Shown here in pieces: positions 61,526 through 64,000 of a DNA stretch of 64,000 nt. Below the pieces are notes generated by a model. The model was not told where the DNA came from. It saw nothing but the letters and a program-made list of their open reading frames with translations, and searched no databases. Each line of letters starts with the position of its first letter. Within the stretch, counting starts at the first letter, position 1. Origin of the DNA: Roseibacillus sp. (GTDB taxonomy: Bacteria; Verrucomicrobiota; Verrucomicrobiia; Verrucomicrobiales; Akkermansiaceae); assembly GCA_051251855.1 (NCBI GenBank), contig JBPOGI010000007.1, positions 192,001 to 256,000 on the forward strand. Direction: 5' to 3'. A program made the translations under genes and the position numbers.

Positions 61526-64000
61526 TTAGAATTGGGGCAGTGGATAGATGTGAGACCTCTTTTCATCACCTTCCAAGACTTTGACCATCACTGCTCGATG
61601 AGACTCGATAGTCAAATCGGCATTGCGGTTCAACAGCTGCGAGTCATTCAAGTCCAACCAATAATCGAAGGGACCTGCATCCGCTAGCATGTAGCCAACA
61701 TATCCTGTTTTGTATTCAGTAACAGTAGCGTCATCAACAACGAGGTCCCCTTTCCAAAAGAGGAGTTCCGTGCTCTTGCTTGGGGAAGTGCCCCCATCGA
61801 AACCCGCTACCAGTGTCAAATCGCGCCCATTAGGTCCGGCAGGTGACTGGTCAATCGGCCACATCGCACCTGTAAAGTTGAACCCTTCATTCATCGGTGC
61901 CGCCTGAGCGTAATCAACAACCATTCCGAAGGTGAACTGCTCCACTGGAGGAGTCGTCGCAGGAGCGAGGGCATTGCCAGAGCTCTTAGGATGAATCCAA
62001 TTTCCCATCGAAGGATCAAGACGGCGGCCACCTTGGTCGACCTGGGCAAAGGGATCCGTGACGCGAATCCACTTTGTGTCAGGAGCGGTGCCAACCAACA
62101 TCAGGGTATCAAATCCAGGGGAACTCTTACGGGTATCATAGAAGAGCAAACGCGTCGCATCGGCAGGATTGGAGTCCTCTTCACCCAAAAAGGTGGTCGT
62201 CTTATCAAAGGCTTCATCCACCGTGCGATAGCGAATCACTTCGAAACTCGCTCCATTGAGCCCGCTATCTGTGGGCAATCCATCGAGCGTATTGAGAGAG
62301 GCTACCGCTTCGTCAAAGATGTCATCATCATTGAGCAAGGTGATAGACCCCATCCCACCGGCAAGAATATCGAAACGATGTCCTTCGAAAAGACCACTCG
62401 TCACTTGCAGGTAATATTCTCCATCAACGCCAACGAATGAGGACAAGTCGAGGTTACCCACTGAATCGCTGACATCCAAAGTGATATCTCCAGTCCCAGC
62501 GTCTTCAGCCAGAGTCAAAACTCCACTTCCAAAGGTTCCGCTCAAACTTGGCTTCTCCTTGAAGGGCGAACTAAAGCTCGCACACTCGTAGTCGTTATAG
62601 GCGTTGCACTGCCAACCAAAGATGCGGGTGTAGAAAACCTCACTGGCTTCGTAAGTGCCACTCGCATCCGCATCAACCTCAACTTTGACTCGCACCACAC
62701 CACTCACAGGAGAGGTCGGAGCTGCGCTCTGGATATTGAAGTAAGTCACCTTCTCTGCTTCGAGGGGCACATCGGCATCCGTGGTATTAACGGTCGGAGT
62801 CACGTTAAGAGTGCTCCAAGTGGTCGGAGTGCCAAGAGTCGACGCCCCTTCGAGGGTGTATCTCACATCACCAAGTCCTCCACGACGGCGCATGAATTGC
62901 GCGGCAACCGTGCCATCTGCCGCTTTTTCAAGACAGAATTCACCGTGCCCGGGAACTCCGTTGGCGGCATTCAGACAGAAGGCATACTCGAGGGCATTCG
63001 GATAGATGTCTCCGTCAGGGTTGTCCCCGAGTGCGGTCTCTCCATTGAGGGTCGAACCGTAACTTGCAAGATAGGCCCCATAAGTATCACTCTTTCGAAT
63101 CTCGACAAAGTCGTTACCGCTGTCGGTTTCACCCGCATCCAATGTAACGGGAATGAGGTCGTCAGTCGTCGAAGCATTCGACTGGTCTGCCGTGGTTCCA
63201 GTATCAGTTGTGCTGTCGAGGTCGGTGACCGTAACGAAGTTGTTTGGCTGAGTCTCTTTCACCGTATAGCTGCCAGGAGCGAGGCCTGTGAACGCATAAC
63301 TTCCATCAGTCGTGGTCACGACGTAATCCTGAGTGCCTGCAAGATTTGGATTATCCGCAGGACCTTCTCCGGCATCATCGCTGTCTCCGTCACCATTGAG
63401 GTCGGTGCAAAGGGTGAGGGTGACCACGTTAATCACAACATCGCCGCCACCATCTCCATCGGTGTCTTCGTAGATCGTTCCCGCAATCGCAGCGGCCTGA
63501 ACGAAGCCAAAGTCCACCGTGAGATTGGTGTTGTTATCATCAGCAGTGTTGACCGCATTGGCTGCGTCTTTTCCTGCTTCGCCCGTAGGCTCCGCATTGT
63601 TCGCAAGGTCAATCACGGTCGAAGTGACACCATCACTGGTGACGTCATCCCCGTTCTCATCGACGTTGTCATCACTTCCAATGTCGCCACCTTGACCAAT
63701 CACGGGAAGATAGCCCACGAGGTCTCCCCCAGTGGTGAATTCGCTCGCTGGAATCACGATGTAATATTTTCCGGAAGGTAAGTTACTAAAGAGGTAGCAA
63801 CCGCCGCTTGCGGTAACCATCCCTCCTGCCGCATCATCAGCACTGCCAAGAATTCCGTCGGGGCCAACGTTGATTTCGACATCATCGCCACCGCCAATTT
63901 GGTCGTCTCCTCCAGCGCTGAAAATCTGAACGCTGATGCCATCAAACCCTTCCCCAGCATCGTAGACACCGTTGTTGTTGAGGTCAGTAAAGACGAGGTT
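61526..64000 (-). CDS. Second large SdrD B-like repeat surface protein (5' end outside the window)
   Basis: Frame is open to the window edge (NLVFTDLNNNGVYDAGEG..); SdrD-B repeats; C-terminal ~520 aa closely similar to the 4896-aa protein, both ending RSHIYPLPQF. Confidence 0.88.
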   Translation of the reverse strand, partial: NLVFTDLNNNGVYDAGEGFDGISVQIFSAGGDDQIGGGDDVEINVGPDGILGSADDAAGGMVTASGGCYLFSNLPSGKYYIVIPASEFTTGGDLVGYLPVIGQGGDIGSDDNVDENGDDVTSDGVTSTVIDLANNAEPTGEAGKDAANAVNTADDNNTNLTVDFGFVQAAAIAGTIYEDTDGDGGGDVVINVVTLTLCTDLNGDGDSDDAGEGPADNPNLAGTQDYVVTTTDGSYAFTGLAPGSYTVKETQPNNFVTVTDLDSTTDTGTTADQSNASTTDDLIPVTLDAGETDSGNDFVEIRKSDTYGAYLASYGSTLNGETALGDNPDGDIYPNALEYAFCLNAANGVPGHGEFCLEKAADGTVAAQFMRRRGGLGDVRYTLEGASTLGTPTTWSTLNVTPTVNTTDADVPLEAEKVTYFNIQSAAPTSPVSGVVRVKVEVDADASGTYEASEVFYTRIFGWQCNAYNDYECASFSSPFKEKPSLSGTFGSGVLTLAEDAGTGDITLDVSDSVGNLDLSSFVGVDGEYYLQVTSGLFEGHRFDILAGGMGSITLLNDDDIFDEAVASLNTLDGLPTDSGLNGASFEVIRYRTVDEAFDKTTTFLGEEDSNPADATRLLFYDTRKSSPGFDTLMLVGTAPDTKWIRVTDPFAQVDQGGRRLDPSMGNWIHPKSSGNALAPATTPPVEQFTFGMVVDYAQAAPMNEGFNFTGAMWPIDQSPAGPNGRDLTLVAGFDGGTSPSKSTELLFWKGDLVVDDATVTEYKTGYVGYMLADAGPFDYWLDLNDSQLLNRNADLTIESHRAVMVKVLEGDEKRSHIYPLPQF

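Noticed and set aside
43784..63100. Similar segments as DGR template/variable repeats or an assembly duplication
   Set aside because: Differences are spread and largely synonymous, not adenine-specific; no reverse transcriptase in the window; both copies are in-frame coding

Overview
Chromosomal region of a bacterium that is most likely a verrucomicrobium (inferred from PEP-CTERM proteins, a PVC-type cytochrome c/beta-propeller protein and many secreted proteins). Housekeeping genes (xerD, rpmE type B, alr, dapB, folK, pgk, larC, an RhlE-type helicase, a YhaM-like nuclease) are mixed with accessory surface-protein genes. The most striking element is at 41.2-43.5 kb. A Pseudomonas-like sigX/cfrX/cmpX module (ECF sigma factor, small protein, MscS-type channel) is followed by three tandem non-coding units. 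Each unit has the same ECF-type promoter (AAAC-NN-TGTGACTT-N14-GYGTCT), a GNRA hairpin, an invariant 16-nt GU-rich linker and a 14-bp UUCG terminator, with compensatory base changes. This looks like an undescribed array of sibling sRNAs under sigma-factor control. Other highlights: an integrase-less integron-cassette remnant with an attC site (4.9-6.0 kb); an ECF/anti-sigma-vWA pair beside a Ser/Thr kinase; and a surface locus with two giant SdrD-B adhesin-like proteins that share a ~520-aa C-terminus and flank three paralogous small proteins with different C-terminal anchors. All family assignments come from motif recognition, not database searches.
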